Shown: positions 45,827 to 56,555 of the stretch, piece after piece | Numbering within the stretch: the first letter of the stretch is position 1 | Layout: each line of letters starts with the position of its first letter | Assembly (NCBI GenBank): GCA_963728565.1 | Contig: CAVSLC010000011.1 | Coordinates: forward strand, 32,001 to 96,000 | Origin: an uncultured delta proteobacterium | GTDB taxonomy: Bacteria; Desulfobacterota; Binatia; UBA9968 | Length of the DNA: 64,000 nt | Reading direction: 5' to 3' | Program-made: the position numbers and the translations under genes | The notes under the pieces: model-generated | Told to the model about the DNA's origin: nothing | Database searches by the model: none | Seen by the model: only the letters and a program-made list of their open reading frames with translations

Positions 45827-46780
45827 TCAAGTCAACGGTCGATTGCCGCGCGCGCTTTGCGTCTTAAGGATTATTTTACCGCGCCTGTGCGGGGCGCCTT
45901 CGAGCATCTCGTGGGCCTGCCGGCATTCGTCGAGCCAGAGCACTTCACCAACTTGAGTCTTAAGCTTGCCCGCATCGATGAGCTCGGTAATTTTTTGCAA
46001 TCTTTCGGCAGTGACTTGAACCAGGAAGAATGACGCTCGCACCCCGTGTCGATGAGCCTTTTCTTGGGATGGAGCAGCCGATGAAGAGACGATGACGCCG
46101 CCGCGCTTAACCACACCATACGATCGTTCGAGGATCTCGCCGCCGACGGTATCGATCACAACGTCGACGTCTTTCACCTTTTCCTCAAAGCGGCTGGCGC
46201 GGTAGTCGATCACCCCCAGGCCGCCGAGACTGCGGATGTAGAAAACATCGCCAGCCGCTGCGGTGGTTATCACCATGGCGCCCGCCTGTTTGGCAAACTG
46301 CACTGCGTAGCCGCCAACATTACCGGCGCCGCCGTGGATGAGCACCGACTGTCCGGCGCTCAGCCGGGCAAACTCAAACACCATCTGCCATGCGGTTACG
46401 CTCACGACGGGTACGGAGCCAGCATGGCTGTAATTGAGGGTTCGCGGCTTGGGCGCGATCATGCTCGGTTTAGCGCGAGCATATTCGGCACAGGCTCCAG
46501 TGAAACTCTCGGCCGTTACGCCAAAGACTTCGTCGCCAATTTTGAATCGCTCCACACCGGACCCGATAGAGTCTATCACACCGGAAAAGTCAGACCCTAA
46601 AGTGAGTGGAAGGGTTTGCGGTAGAGCGCTGTCGCCGCGGCGGATCAAAGCATCCCATGGCCCAACACCGGCAGCTTCCACCTTGACGACGACCTCGCCC
46701 GCGTTTGGCACAGGCTTGGGGATATCCTCTATGCGGATTACCTCGGGACCGCCAAATCTGTGAATTCGAACAGCCTTCAT
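45827..46780 (-). CDS. NADP-dependent oxidoreductase (MDR / quinone reductase)
   Basis: MKAVRIHRFGGPEV and VLIHGGAGNVG motifs. Confidence 0.9.
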   Translation of the reverse strand: MKAVRIHRFGGPEVIRIEDIPKPVPNAGEVVVKVEAAGVGPWDALIRRGDSALPQTLPLTLGSDFSGVIDSIGSGVERFKIGDEVFGVTAESFTGACAEYARAKPSMIAPKPRTLNYSHAGSVPVVSVTAWQMVFEFARLSAGQSVLIHGGAGNVGGYAVQFAKQAGAMVITTAAAGDVFYIRSLGGLGVIDYRASRFEEKVKDVDVVIDTVGGEILERSYGVVKRGGVIVSSSAAPSQEKAHRHGVRASFFLVQVTAERLQKITELIDAGKLKTQVGEVLWLDECRQAHEMLEGAPHRRGKIILKTQSARGNRPLT

Positions 46781-47018
46781 TTCAACGTTCAGATCAAATA
46801 TGCCAGCCGCCTCCGTGCTCTGAGGAGTGGCCGACGAAACCGACTGCTCGGTATAGAGACCCTCCGGCGAGGTGAATGCTCGCGCCCATGAAAATGCATG
46901 ATCAGCTGAACTTCAAGAGTGAACGGAAATCAACTCGCCACAATATCTAAAACTTGTGACCGAAAACTCAGTAGTGTCGAGCTTAGCTGGAGCGACAACG
47001 CGATTAAAATACTGTGCG

Positions 47019-48104
47019 TCAATTCTGTTGAGGGTCGACTCTTGTTGTGCTGCTTACTGCTGCAAGCTGTTTTCTTTCCGCGGCCGGAATAAGATGACGC
47101 TCCATGAAATCGTAAATGGCGCGCTGGTGTTCCCGTCGTCCATCATCAGGCGTCGGCACCGCGGTGGCAACTACCACTAGCTTGAGACCAGGCACTGTGA
47201 AAATAAATTGGCCGCCATGTCCCCAGGCATAGTGGGTCGTCTGCCCGCCCAAAGTGTCGATCCACCAGCCGTATCCATAATCGCGGCCGCTCCAGCTGGA
47301 TTTGGTGCGCGGCTTGAGAGATTCCTCCACCCACCGCGCCGAGACGATCTGCTTTTCCTTCATCCGGCCGCGGTTAAGATAGACTTCGCCGTATTCAAGC
47401 ATGGCCCGCGGAGTTAAATGCATATCGTTGCCGCCCAGGTAGATGCCTTGCGGGTCGCGAATCCACGGCCGAATCGCAATGGCCAGCGGCTCTGCTAAGT
47501 AGCGCCGAGCGAAATCAAACGTGCTCATCTTCGTCGCCTTCGTCAGTATCGCCGAGAGCAGGTGGGAGTTGCCGGTGCTATAGATCATCCTGCCGCCGGG
47601 TTCGTCGATCAGAGGACGGGTCAATACGTGACGCACCCAGTTGGCGCTGGTTACCCATTGCCCATAGTTGACGTTGCTGGTGGTCTCTAGGCCCGAGCGC
47701 ATGGTTAACAGATCTTCAATGGTAATCCTCTTCTTTGCAGCATCAGCCTCGGGACCGAGATACTCCGGAAAAAACTTGGCAATGGGATCTGTAATAGATT
47801 TGAGCTGCCCGCGATCCAGCGCGATGCCGATAAGAGTCGATATGATACTTTTGGAAGCTGACTTCAGATTAGCCGGGTCGGTAGAGCGCGCGCCGTGGAA
47901 ATAGCGCTCGTCGACGAGCTCGCCGTCAATTGAAATCAGCAAACTCCTGAGGCGGGGCAGACTACGGAGGGCTTCCTCAAAGGAAAGCGCGGCCCTTTCG
48001 GTGACGGATGACCTGCCAGTAGTCGGCATCGTAAAAACCGTAATCACAGCAAAGAGAAGCGGCCAGAGGATTTTCGCACAACCGAGTTTCAGCTTAATTT
48101 GCAT
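47019..48104 (-). CDS. Serine hydrolase, beta-lactamase class C-like
   Basis: SASK (SxxK), LLTMRSG, YSTGN, YGYGWW and GHGGQ motifs. Confidence 0.88.
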   Translation of the reverse strand: MQIKLKLGCAKILWPLLFAVITVFTMPTTGRSSVTERAALSFEEALRSLPRLRSLLISIDGELVDERYFHGARSTDPANLKSASKSIISTLIGIALDRGQLKSITDPIAKFFPEYLGPEADAAKKRITIEDLLTMRSGLETTSNVNYGQWVTSANWVRHVLTRPLIDEPGGRMIYSTGNSHLLSAILTKATKMSTFDFARRYLAEPLAIAIRPWIRDPQGIYLGGNDMHLTPRAMLEYGEVYLNRGRMKEKQIVSARWVEESLKPRTKSSWSGRDYGYGWWIDTLGGQTTHYAWGHGGQFIFTVPGLKLVVVATAVPTPDDGRREHQRAIYDFMERHLIPAAERKQLAAVSSTTRVDPQQN

Positions 48105-48386
48105 TATTCTGCCGTATCTGGCGATTCTTGAATTGCGCGCTACCCTGAGTATTTCCCATGATGAAAGTATCACCAATCGCATGGGTATATTATTTAATCA
48201 CTTACCGACAGTAAAGGGAGATGGTTGCTGCTCCCGGATTGACATGAAAGCAGCTGGTCGGTTAGTCTCCGTTGCAAAACAAAAACTGCTGGCTCTTTCT
48301 CGTTTATTGTTCTCGACCATTTTCGGAGTTTGCTGAAAATATCCTTAGCTGTCGACACAGCGAACTCGGACTGCAATTCAGTACTA

Positions 48387-49931
48387 ATGCTTAGGCGCAG
48401 AGTAGATAAGCGGCAGAACCGCCGTTGGGAGTTGGCAACGCTGGCTTTGTTTGTGAGCTTCTTTATGTTTGCGCCAATGTCGTTGGCGATTGCAGCCTCG
48501 GCACAACAGGAATTTCGCTGGGCCGCCGACCCCGAGGGTGGGGCGCCGTTTGTCGAAGCGGATCCGGCGCGTCCTGATCGACTAGTTGGGTTCGATGTCG
48601 AGATCGCCGAGATCATCGCGCAGGGGCTTAACCGCTCAGCCACTTTCCTTAATGTCGCCTTTACATCAATCGATCAGTCTATCGAGCGCGACGACGCCGA
48701 GATCGGTTTGGGAGGGATCGAAGACACGCCAGCGCGCCGCGCCACGATGGCGCCGACGGTGCCGTATTATAGATTTCGTGAGGTGTTGAGCGTACGTGAC
48801 ACGGACGCTTCACGCTTTCGCACCCTCGCCGATTTGCGCGGACGACGGATCGGCACGCTCGGAGGTACCATCGCGTATGAGATTCTTCTCCGCGCCGAGC
48901 GCGATTTCGGCATCAAAGTCGTTTCCTATGATGATGATGTGCATCCCTTTACGGATCTGATCATCGGACGTGTGGATGCCGTGCTGCTCGATAACGTTCT
49001 CGCCGAGCGGCGCCGTCGTACCACTTCGGGGTTCACTATCCAGCCGGAAATCGTTGCGACGGGCCACTACGTCGGGGTCCTCGCAACCCGGAACGCTGCA
49101 CTACGCGAATCGGTCAACGAAATTCTACGCAACGCAATGCGCGACGGCACTTTAGAACGGATTTTTCGTAAATGGCGGGTATGGAACGAGGATCAACCGG
49201 CCTTGTTCGCCGACGTGCTCGCAGGCAATCCACTGCCGCCGGTACTTGGCTTCGATTTGCCCGCCGGCGAAGCGACCGTTTCCAAATGGCGGACGGTGCA
49301 GGCCTACCTGCCCGCGCTTTTTCGCGCCGCCGCAATTACGATGGTGCTTTCATGTTTGTCGATGGTGCTGGCCATCATCATCGGTGTGTCGATCGCCAGT
49401 GGACGCGTCTACGGCGGCAAGATCGCCCGTTCGCTTTTAACCGCTTACGTAGAGATCATCCGCGGAACGCCGATCCTTCTTCAGCTTTTCATCTTGTACT
49501 ACGGTATCGTCGAACTCATTCGCCTACCCGCTTTCGTCGCTGCGCTTCTTGGACTCGGACTCAACTATGCCGCATACGAAAGTGAAATCTACCGCGGTGC
49601 GCTCGAGGCCGTACCGGGCGGTCAACTCGAGGCTGCACGGATACTCGGCTTCAATGAGTTTCAGGTTCTAACATTGGTGCGCGGACCTCAGGCGTTTCGT
49701 TTAGCGCTGCCGCCGATGACCAATGATTTCGTTGCCCTGCTTAAAGATTCCTCGCTGGTCTCGGTGCTTACCGTTCTTGAGTTGACCAAACAAACGCAAA
49801 TTTTCGCGACCAACATCGGCAGCTGGGTTGTTCCCGGGGCGTTGTGCGCCGCGCTTTATATGGCGATGTCGTTACCGCTGGCGGCATTGGCGCGCCGGCT
49901 TGAGCAACGATGGCGGCGGCGGACGGCATGA
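48387..49931 (+). CDS. Polar amino acid ABC transporter, SBP-permease fusion
   Basis: SBP_bac_3 domain (GFDVEIA) plus permease (IRGTPILLQ, AAYESEIYRG, LKDSSL). Confidence 0.92.
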   Translation: MLRRRVDKRQNRRWELATLALFVSFFMFAPMSLAIAASAQQEFRWAADPEGGAPFVEADPARPDRLVGFDVEIAEIIAQGLNRSATFLNVAFTSIDQSIERDDAEIGLGGIEDTPARRATMAPTVPYYRFREVLSVRDTDASRFRTLADLRGRRIGTLGGTIAYEILLRAERDFGIKVVSYDDDVHPFTDLIIGRVDAVLLDNVLAERRRRTTSGFTIQPEIVATGHYVGVLATRNAALRESVNEILRNAMRDGTLERIFRKWRVWNEDQPALFADVLAGNPLPPVLGFDLPAGEATVSKWRTVQAYLPALFRAAAITMVLSCLSMVLAIIIGVSIASGRVYGGKIARSLLTAYVEIIRGTPILLQLFILYYGIVELIRLPAFVAALLGLGLNYAAYESEIYRGALEAVPGGQLEAARILGFNEFQVLTLVRGPQAFRLALPPMTNDFVALLKDSSLVSVLTVLELTKQTQIFATNIGSWVVPGALCAALYMAMSLPLAALARRLEQRWRRRTA

Positions 49932-50608
49932 CCGCACACGTGCTGCAACTCAATGATGTGCGCCTTCGTCGCGGCGAACGCGAGGTGCTGGCCGGTGTCA
50001 CGTTCGGTGTGCAGCGCGGCGAAATCGTCGCCCTAATGGGGGCTTCAGGTTCCGGCAAGACCACGGTACTCAGATTAATCGCCGGGTTAGAGCCGTTTCA
50101 ATCAGGAATCGTCCAGGTTGAAGATTTGACGATTGTCGGCAACGGCGGCAATTCGGCCAATACTCTGCGTCTCCTGCGCTGTAAAATCGGCATGGTGTTC
50201 CAGTTTCACCATCTGTTCGAGCATATGCCGGCGGCTAAGAACGTCTGGCTCGCTCCGGTACACGCGCATGGTGTGCCTTACCGCGAAGCCGTTCGCCGCG
50301 CGCAGGAGCTACTCGCGCTGCTCGGCGTCGAACATCGCGCCAACGCACTGCCGGGCGAACTTTCGGGTGGCGAGGCGCAGCGCGTTGCCATCGCGCGCGC
50401 TCTGGCTGTGAATCCGCCGCTGCTGCTGATGGATGAGCCGACCGCATCGTTGGATGGGGCGCGCCGCAGTGAGTTGCGAGAGTTGCTTCAGGGATTGGTA
50501 GGTGAAGGACGGACCTTGGTTATCGCGACCCATGATGAGGAGTTCGCCAGCTCCTGCGCCATGCGGATTTTGCGCATGAATAACGGTATGGTTTCTAGCG
50601 AGGATTGA
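49928..50608 (+). CDS. Amino acid ABC transporter ATP-binding protein
   Basis: GASGSGKT, LSGGE and MDEPT motifs; ATGA overlap with the upstream gene. Confidence 0.92.
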   Translation: MTAHVLQLNDVRLRRGEREVLAGVTFGVQRGEIVALMGASGSGKTTVLRLIAGLEPFQSGIVQVEDLTIVGNGGNSANTLRLLRCKIGMVFQFHHLFEHMPAAKNVWLAPVHAHGVPYREAVRRAQELLALLGVEHRANALPGELSGGEAQRVAIARALAVNPPLLLMDEPTASLDGARRSELRELLQGLVGEGRTLVIATHDEEFASSCAMRILRMNNGMVSSED

Positions 50609-50842
50609 ATTTGCTGGGCTAGAGTCGCTGCTCTTGCCTCAGGAACAACCGAATTCGCAGGAACGCGATCAGCCGGGTTAGTGATTATGGTGCTGATGCT
50701 GCGGCAAATGTCACCGGCAATTGTCATCTATAATCGACTCAGTCCCACCAATGCGTCGGGGTCATTGGGATCTCGGCCGCGGCTCGCTCGGGTGACCGCC
50801 GGTCGGCGTTACTTCACGCGATGAAACTACAGACCGGAAGCG

Positions 50843-51277
50843 TCATCTTCTTTGGCCTTCGCGCTGTCCTGGCTTTGACGATCCTGAATTTGCCGATATT
50901 GTTGGCACGCTCGCGCAGGTCTCATTAGACGAGCCGGAGATGTTCCCTTCACGAAACGCCCGTACGGTCCAGCAAAATGTATCACCGCCGGCTCCCGGCG
51001 GGTCGTCGGTAAAACTCGTTACGTTGGGGCCGACGAAGCCGACTTCATGAAAAACACCCGATATCTCCCGATAAATTATCGTGCCGTCCTCGTTCGAGTT
51101 CATGTCATTCCAATTGAGCTGAAACGGGTAACCAAAAGCCAGGGTGGGAGGTAATAACAACGCGATAAGTATGGACGTGATTCTGCCAGCAGATGTCCTT
51201 TCACTTGAGGCGCAATGCGCAATGGAGGCTTGTCTTACGCCTAGGGTACCCGTTGGCTGCGTATTTCTGTTAGTCAT
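50843..51277 (-). CDS. Secreted fibronectin type III domain protein
   Basis: AAGGAG RBS; LNWNDMNSNEDG..GPNVTSFTD..CWTVRAF..SGSSNETC. Confidence 0.7.
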   Translation of the reverse strand: MTNRNTQPTGTLGVRQASIAHCASSERTSAGRITSILIALLLPPTLAFGYPFQLNWNDMNSNEDGTIIYREISGVFHEVGFVGPNVTSFTDDPPGAGGDTFCWTVRAFREGNISGSSNETCASVPTISANSGSSKPGQREGQRR

Positions 51278-51635
51278 AGGTGCTCCTTACGGTAAGGCTG
51301 CTCTGCAGGCAGAAATCTACGACTGTGACGCAAGCCAACGAAGCTATCCACGGGCATGGAGTAGACGTGAGAGTGCCGCAGTCCTGCGCTGGTGAGCAGA
51401 GTTGTTTTTTTTACTCAAGTTGTTCGGCGATAATAAAGTGCCGTATTCGAATCATTATTCAGAATACGTTGGATCAATGACACAATGCGAAACTGAACTC
51501 TGCGGAGCTAGAGCGTGCCAGCATCAATTTCGGTTTGCGTCTTCTGATGCCGATATTGGAGCTGCCGTATCGATCATGCGGGTTGGATTTTCATCCCAGA
51601 GCACTCAGTGTTGCAATGTCGGTGAGGCGTGGGAC

Positions 51636-51651
51636 GCAAGCAAGGTGCCAG
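51636..51651 (-). promoter_or_regulatory. Putative sigma54 promoter
   Basis: CTGGCACCTTGCTTGC is near-consensus; faces the FN3 gene ~360 bp downstream. Confidence 0.55.
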
Positions 51652-51949
51652 AAAGCCACCCTGAAGCGATTAAGGTAGTGCACTGCGCATTTCTCCCTAT
51701 GGAGATCTATTCATCTAGGATTGTGCGATGAGCCTGCGCCGCACGATTTACAGCTGGAGGTCGAAGGGCTTCTCCTCCAGCCCTGGCGTAGTTCATTCCA
51801 GACAAGATTTCCGCGGGGTTTATTCCAAAAAGCAGGCGACTTGTATGATCTAGGTCTTCTTTGGCGCTTTAGGAAGTCCTGGGCCGTGAGCGTTCATGCA
51901 ATCTGATTTGCAGTTGTTCGATAGCAGCGTAGCTGCTTTAAAATCATAT

Positions 51950-52282
51950 TCATGTCTTGGCCGGATCCGGCACTCGGACCCATACCTCGTCATTATCGAC
52001 CCTTACTGAATAGGTTTTGAGTGGAACCTCAGCCGGTAACCTCGTCACTTCCCCGGTTTTGATGCGGAACCTTGCGCCGTGACAGATACATTCCACTTGA
52101 TCGCTGTCGACTATCTTGCCGAAATCTTCGAGCGAGCAGTCGCTATGCGAGCACATCTCGCTGGTGCCATAAACTTCGCCAGCAATTTTGTAAAGCGCAA
52201 TGCGCTCGCCGTTGATTCTGACCGCGAGGATCGAACCTTCATCGAGTTCCGAGTTCGCGATCGCTCTCTTGAATTCAGACAT
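51950..52282 (-). CDS. Rieske [2Fe-2S] ferredoxin
   Basis: CSH..CICHG motifs. Confidence 0.9.
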   Translation of the reverse strand: MSEFKRAIANSELDEGSILAVRINGERIALYKIAGEVYGTSEMCSHSDCSLEDFGKIVDSDQVECICHGARFRIKTGEVTRLPAEVPLKTYSVRVDNDEVWVRVPDPAKT

Positions 52283-52425
52283 TCTTTTTCCTCGTGTTTG
52301 CTCCAACCGGGCGGCAAAATGTGTTCAGCAACGGGATATCAAATCGAATCGGGTAAACACGCGAGCTAGACTTGCTCCACGCCATCCACTCGGAATCCGC
52401 CGACGCCGATAACGAACTGGGCCCG

Positions 52426-53262
52426 TCATCGTGCGCTGGTAACTTCCCACCAATTGCGATTCAGGTCCGAGAAAATGAACCAAGCAACATCATTCGAACT
52501 TTCAATCGGGTCTAATGTGCCAAGTCCCAGCGTGTGAGCGGAATTTGACAGCGAGTGGTGCGCCTCTTCGACTTCGGACGCTGACTCAAGCGCAAGAACA
52601 AAACGTTGCGCTCGAGTGGGCAGAATCGGTTCGGCGCGAAAGGGCAGATTGACAATGTACCAGGGACTTTCCGGATGTTTCACATAGATGGAGGAGGGCC
52701 ACAGTTGGACAACCTCCAATCCGAGAACGTTCTCATAAAAACGGCGAGTGGCTTCTATATCGTGAAACTGGACCGTGCCGTGCGTCAGCGCCTGAGGAAT
52801 GTACCCGCGCCCTGGAAACTTCTCTCGGGAGATCGGAGTCTGCCAGTGAGGGCGCGTGGTTTTACCCATACCGGCTTCATCGGCTTTCTCGTAAGATTCG
52901 ATCTCCCAGAAATTTCCTCCGGGTTCAAAAAAATGGACCGAATAAGCGTTATGGTTTTCTTTAGGTTGGATGATTTTGATCTTGTATTCTCGCTTTTTTC
53001 TTTGCAGGTATTCGTGCGCTTCATCGATCTCACGGTTGGTCGCGACACGCACGCCATAGTGATGTTGGAAGGGCTTATCCGGACTATCGGCATCTGACTC
53101 GTGCGCGATCAGCTTCCAGTCGGTATTGGGATGCTTGAGAACGGTCTCACCGTTATCTCGCGCGACCACTTCAAGAGCCAGAAGATCTTGCAGAATAGGC
53201 AAGGTTTGTTGCAGTGAGCGGCATTCATAATGGCCCGCCACTAGCCCGATCGGTTTAAACAT
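52426..53262 (-). CDS. Two-domain VOC (glyoxalase/extradiol dioxygenase-like) protein
   Basis: HHYGVRV, EPGGNFWEI, HGTV..FYENVLGL and DLNRNWWEV motifs. Confidence 0.8.
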   Translation of the reverse strand: MFKPIGLVAGHYECRSLQQTLPILQDLLALEVVARDNGETVLKHPNTDWKLIAHESDADSPDKPFQHHYGVRVATNREIDEAHEYLQRKKREYKIKIIQPKENHNAYSVHFFEPGGNFWEIESYEKADEAGMGKTTRPHWQTPISREKFPGRGYIPQALTHGTVQFHDIEATRRFYENVLGLEVVQLWPSSIYVKHPESPWYIVNLPFRAEPILPTRAQRFVLALESASEVEEAHHSLSNSAHTLGLGTLDPIESSNDVAWFIFSDLNRNWWEVTSAR

Positions 53263-53780
53263 GCTCCTTCTCCTTTCTGCGCTACCAACACATAAACGTT
53301 CTGATTGCACGTAACATAATCACAAGAGGCACCGCAACGACATACGTCCGGTGTTAGCCCGGCCAATCCGCTTGCCCCTGGTCGAGGGCGGCGAGTTGAT
53401 TTACCTTGACGGATGATATGTTCCTAAATATTCTGCAAGCGCTTTACAACCGGTTGGTTTTCTGAGGTGGATTGACGTATGAGCGGCGAAGTCTTGCTGA
53501 CGGTCCCTCATGCACCTTAGGCCGATCCTATTCGTCATCGGCGCGTTTTATGAGTACTAAATCTCGAAACGAGCGAAGCCACGGGTGATCGCCTCATTCA
53601 AATCTAGAGCCTGTCGCGGGTCGGTGGGGTTATCGGAACACCTTCGTTATATGATGGACGAGTCGGGCTTTGTCACCGATTGCGTTCTGTAAAAGCGAAT
53701 TGACAGGTTGAGAAAAGTTTATCGACGCGACTCTCGAGACGCAGCCCAGAGCAGTACTCTATTCAGATGCGAGGATATTT

Positions 53781-54857
53781 ATGAACCACCTTCGACTCAG
53801 CACTTTGATGATACTCATCCTGATGCTTGCTCCCTTTGGCGGTCAGGCACAGGCTCAGCCGGCCAAGAGCAACAGCCCGGCTCTCGATGAGAAAGCCGTG
53901 GCGGATTTCTATCGAGGAAAGACCATCAGAATCGTGATCGGCTCGGGCCCTGGGGGCACCTACGATATCTACTCGCGCCTAATCTCGCGTCACATGTCGC
54001 GATTTATTCCCGGCAATCCTACTCTGTTGGTTCAGCCCAGGGCGGGCGCCGGCGGCCTAATCGCCGCAAACGCGGTTTACAATGCTGAGCCCAAGGACGG
54101 CACTGTGATCGGCTCGTTCGGCGAAACATTTCCTTTGCGGCAGGCCATTGGCGCGCCGGGCATTGAGTTTGATTCGGCAAGGTACCAATGGATCGGCAGC
54201 GCGGTGAATACGGCGATCGCATGCGTCGGACGCAGCGATTCTTCGGTGTCGTCATTTGACGATGTCACAGCCGGCAAGCCTTTTACCATCGGCACCATGG
54301 CGCCGGGCAGCACCATCTACGACACACCGGCGATTATCAATGCGGCTTTTGGAACACAGATGAAGCTGGTGCGGGGATTCGAAGGAGTTGCCAACATCGT
54401 CAACGCCGCCGAGTCCAAGGAAGTCGATGGTTATTGCGCAAGTTGGCTGGCGATGTTGACCACCGGCAGGCACCTTCAATTAATCCAAAGCGGCACACTA
54501 AAGCCGCTTCTGATCATGGGGGATAAAACTCCGGATCATCCGCTTATGAAGGGAGTTCCCGCCGCTGAGACATTGGCTAAGACGGAGGACGCGAAATTAC
54601 TGCTACGCGCGATGCATGCTCCCTCGGAAATCACCAACCCGTACGTAGTTCATCCCGAGGTTCCCAGAGACCGGGTTGAAGCCCTGCGCAAGGGATTGTC
54701 AGCAACTTTTGCGGATCCGGAATTTATCTCGGACGCCAAGAAAAGCAAGATTGAATTTTCGCCAAGCAGCGGCGAACGTGTGACCGAAGTCGTTCAGAGC
54801 ATTCTCAAGACCCCGCCCGGGATACTAGCCAAGATGAAGAAAATTTTGGTTCAGTGA
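53781..54857 (+). CDS. TctC/Bug substrate-binding protein
   Basis: FYRGKTIRIVIGSGPGGTYD, IPGNP and PKDGT motifs. Confidence 0.9.
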   Translation: MNHLRLSTLMILILMLAPFGGQAQAQPAKSNSPALDEKAVADFYRGKTIRIVIGSGPGGTYDIYSRLISRHMSRFIPGNPTLLVQPRAGAGGLIAANAVYNAEPKDGTVIGSFGETFPLRQAIGAPGIEFDSARYQWIGSAVNTAIACVGRSDSSVSSFDDVTAGKPFTIGTMAPGSTIYDTPAIINAAFGTQMKLVRGFEGVANIVNAAESKEVDGYCASWLAMLTTGRHLQLIQSGTLKPLLIMGDKTPDHPLMKGVPAAETLAKTEDAKLLLRAMHAPSEITNPYVVHPEVPRDRVEALRKGLSATFADPEFISDAKKSKIEFSPSSGERVTEVVQSILKTPPGILAKMKKILVQ

Positions 54858-55113
54858 GCGAGTTGGTTGAGCACGGTAAAAACTTTTCGATATTATCCTG
54901 CGCACGGAATGAACTTGCGAGCCGATCTCTGACTGCAACTTCAAGCTGCGATTTTTGATGCCCGCCGGAGAGCACGACAAACAAGATCTGCAGGCTCGAG
55001 AACCACCATAACATTAACAAGTCGCAAACCATGGCGCTGCTTCCCTCAACTTGCCGGGCGCAGTTTTTCCGCGCTATCGATGCGAGATCTTACCCTCAAG
55101 TTTAAGCATCGGG

Positions 55114-56538
55114 ATGAATGCCAAAATCGATTATTTACTTCTTACGACAGCTTTACTGGCAACATTTTTCTCGGGTACCGCGACCAGAATCGTCAGCATC
55201 TCGATGCCGACAATCGCCACAAGCTTGGCAACCGATCTGCTCGGCGTTTCCTGGGCGCTGCTCTCTTATCAACTATCGAACATCGGCTTATCGATTGTCT
55301 TTGGCCGCCTCTCGGATCTCTGGGGCCGGGAAAAGGTTTTTGCCTTTGGGTTTCTGGTATTTAGCACCGGCTCGCTTTTGTGCGGCTTCTCCCAATCCCT
55401 TATTCAGCTCATAGTGTTTCGTTTTTTGCAGGGCATCGGCGGTGCGATGTTACAGTCCTCCAGCCGGGCGTTGGCCGCGGAATCGGTTCCGGAGAATCTC
55501 GCTGGAAGAGCACAGGGCTATATGACAACCGCGCATCATGTCGGGTTTATCATCGGCCCAAGCATCGGCGGTCTGATGATCGACTACCTGAGCTGGCGCT
55601 GGAGTTTCTTCTTCCTGGCACCGATCGGTATCTGCGGCATGCTTTTGACTTTGCTGAATATCAAACGGCGTCCACGGGTATTCCGAGGCCGCTCGGCGTC
55701 CATCGATTATCTCGGCGCCGCTTTGTTATTTGCCACGACCGGCGCGTTGGTGATGCTGCTCGACCGGCGCACACAGCAGATGATTTCAGCGAGCTTGAAG
55801 GGCGCGTTGGCGGTTCTGTTTAGTGTCTGCCTTGTCGGCTTGATTCTTCATGAAACTAGAACACAGAATCCGATTCTCAATCTGAGGCTGTTTAGAATCC
55901 GCCGGTTCAGCATGAGCGTAATCAGCTTGCTGGTCGTCGCCAGTTGCTATTCCTTGACAGGATTTCTCCTGCCGTTCTACCTTCAAGACGTTCTCGGATT
56001 AACCGCGACTAGCGTAGGCATGCTATTTATGGCGCCATCGTTGATAACGATAGCGTTGGCGCCTGTGAGCGGTCATGTTGCCGATCGTCTCGGCCCGCGC
56101 ATTCCGGCGAGTGTCGGCGTGGGATTCATGATTGTTGCGCTCGGCGTCGGCGCGTTTTTGCGTGTCGATTCACATTGGCTCCTGCCCGCCTTACTGGTCA
56201 TCGTCAGCGCCATCACCAACGGTATTTTCAATCCGGCCAATTCCATGGCAATGATCGCGATGATGCCGGCCGAGCATCGGGGTTTCGCATCGGCGGTGAA
56301 TCACGTCACTTTTGGTTTCGGGAATGTCGTGGGCGTTGCCCTGAGCAGTTTGCTGATGTCGATGGCCTTTGAACATCATACCGGGATCGCCGGAACCGCT
56401 CTCACGACGGCAAATCCCTCCGGGTTTGTAGCGGCTCTGAATACCACGTTTATTATTGCCGCTGGCTGGAGCTCGGTAGGGGTGGCCACTTCTCTTATCG
56501 GCAGCGCGCGAACATCGTCGCATCCTGGGCGGCGTTGA
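55114..56538 (+). CDS. MFS transporter (DHA2-like)
   Basis: GRLSDLWGRE, RFLQGIGGA and GPSIGG motifs; ~14 TM segments. Confidence 0.9.
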   Translation: MNAKIDYLLLTTALLATFFSGTATRIVSISMPTIATSLATDLLGVSWALLSYQLSNIGLSIVFGRLSDLWGREKVFAFGFLVFSTGSLLCGFSQSLIQLIVFRFLQGIGGAMLQSSSRALAAESVPENLAGRAQGYMTTAHHVGFIIGPSIGGLMIDYLSWRWSFFFLAPIGICGMLLTLLNIKRRPRVFRGRSASIDYLGAALLFATTGALVMLLDRRTQQMISASLKGALAVLFSVCLVGLILHETRTQNPILNLRLFRIRRFSMSVISLLVVASCYSLTGFLLPFYLQDVLGLTATSVGMLFMAPSLITIALAPVSGHVADRLGPRIPASVGVGFMIVALGVGAFLRVDSHWLLPALLVIVSAITNGIFNPANSMAMIAMMPAEHRGFASAVNHVTFGFGNVVGVALSSLLMSMAFEHHTGIAGTALTTANPSGFVAALNTTFIIAAGWSSVGVATSLIGSARTSSHPGRR

Positions 56539-56555
56539 TAATGGATGACTCGAGA

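Noticed and set aside
51620-51670. GTGGGACGCAAG resembling part of a c-di-GMP-I riboswitch
   Set aside because: The upstream GGCAAAC and GAAA tetraloop stem are missing; the sequence is better explained as a minus-strand sigma54 promoter
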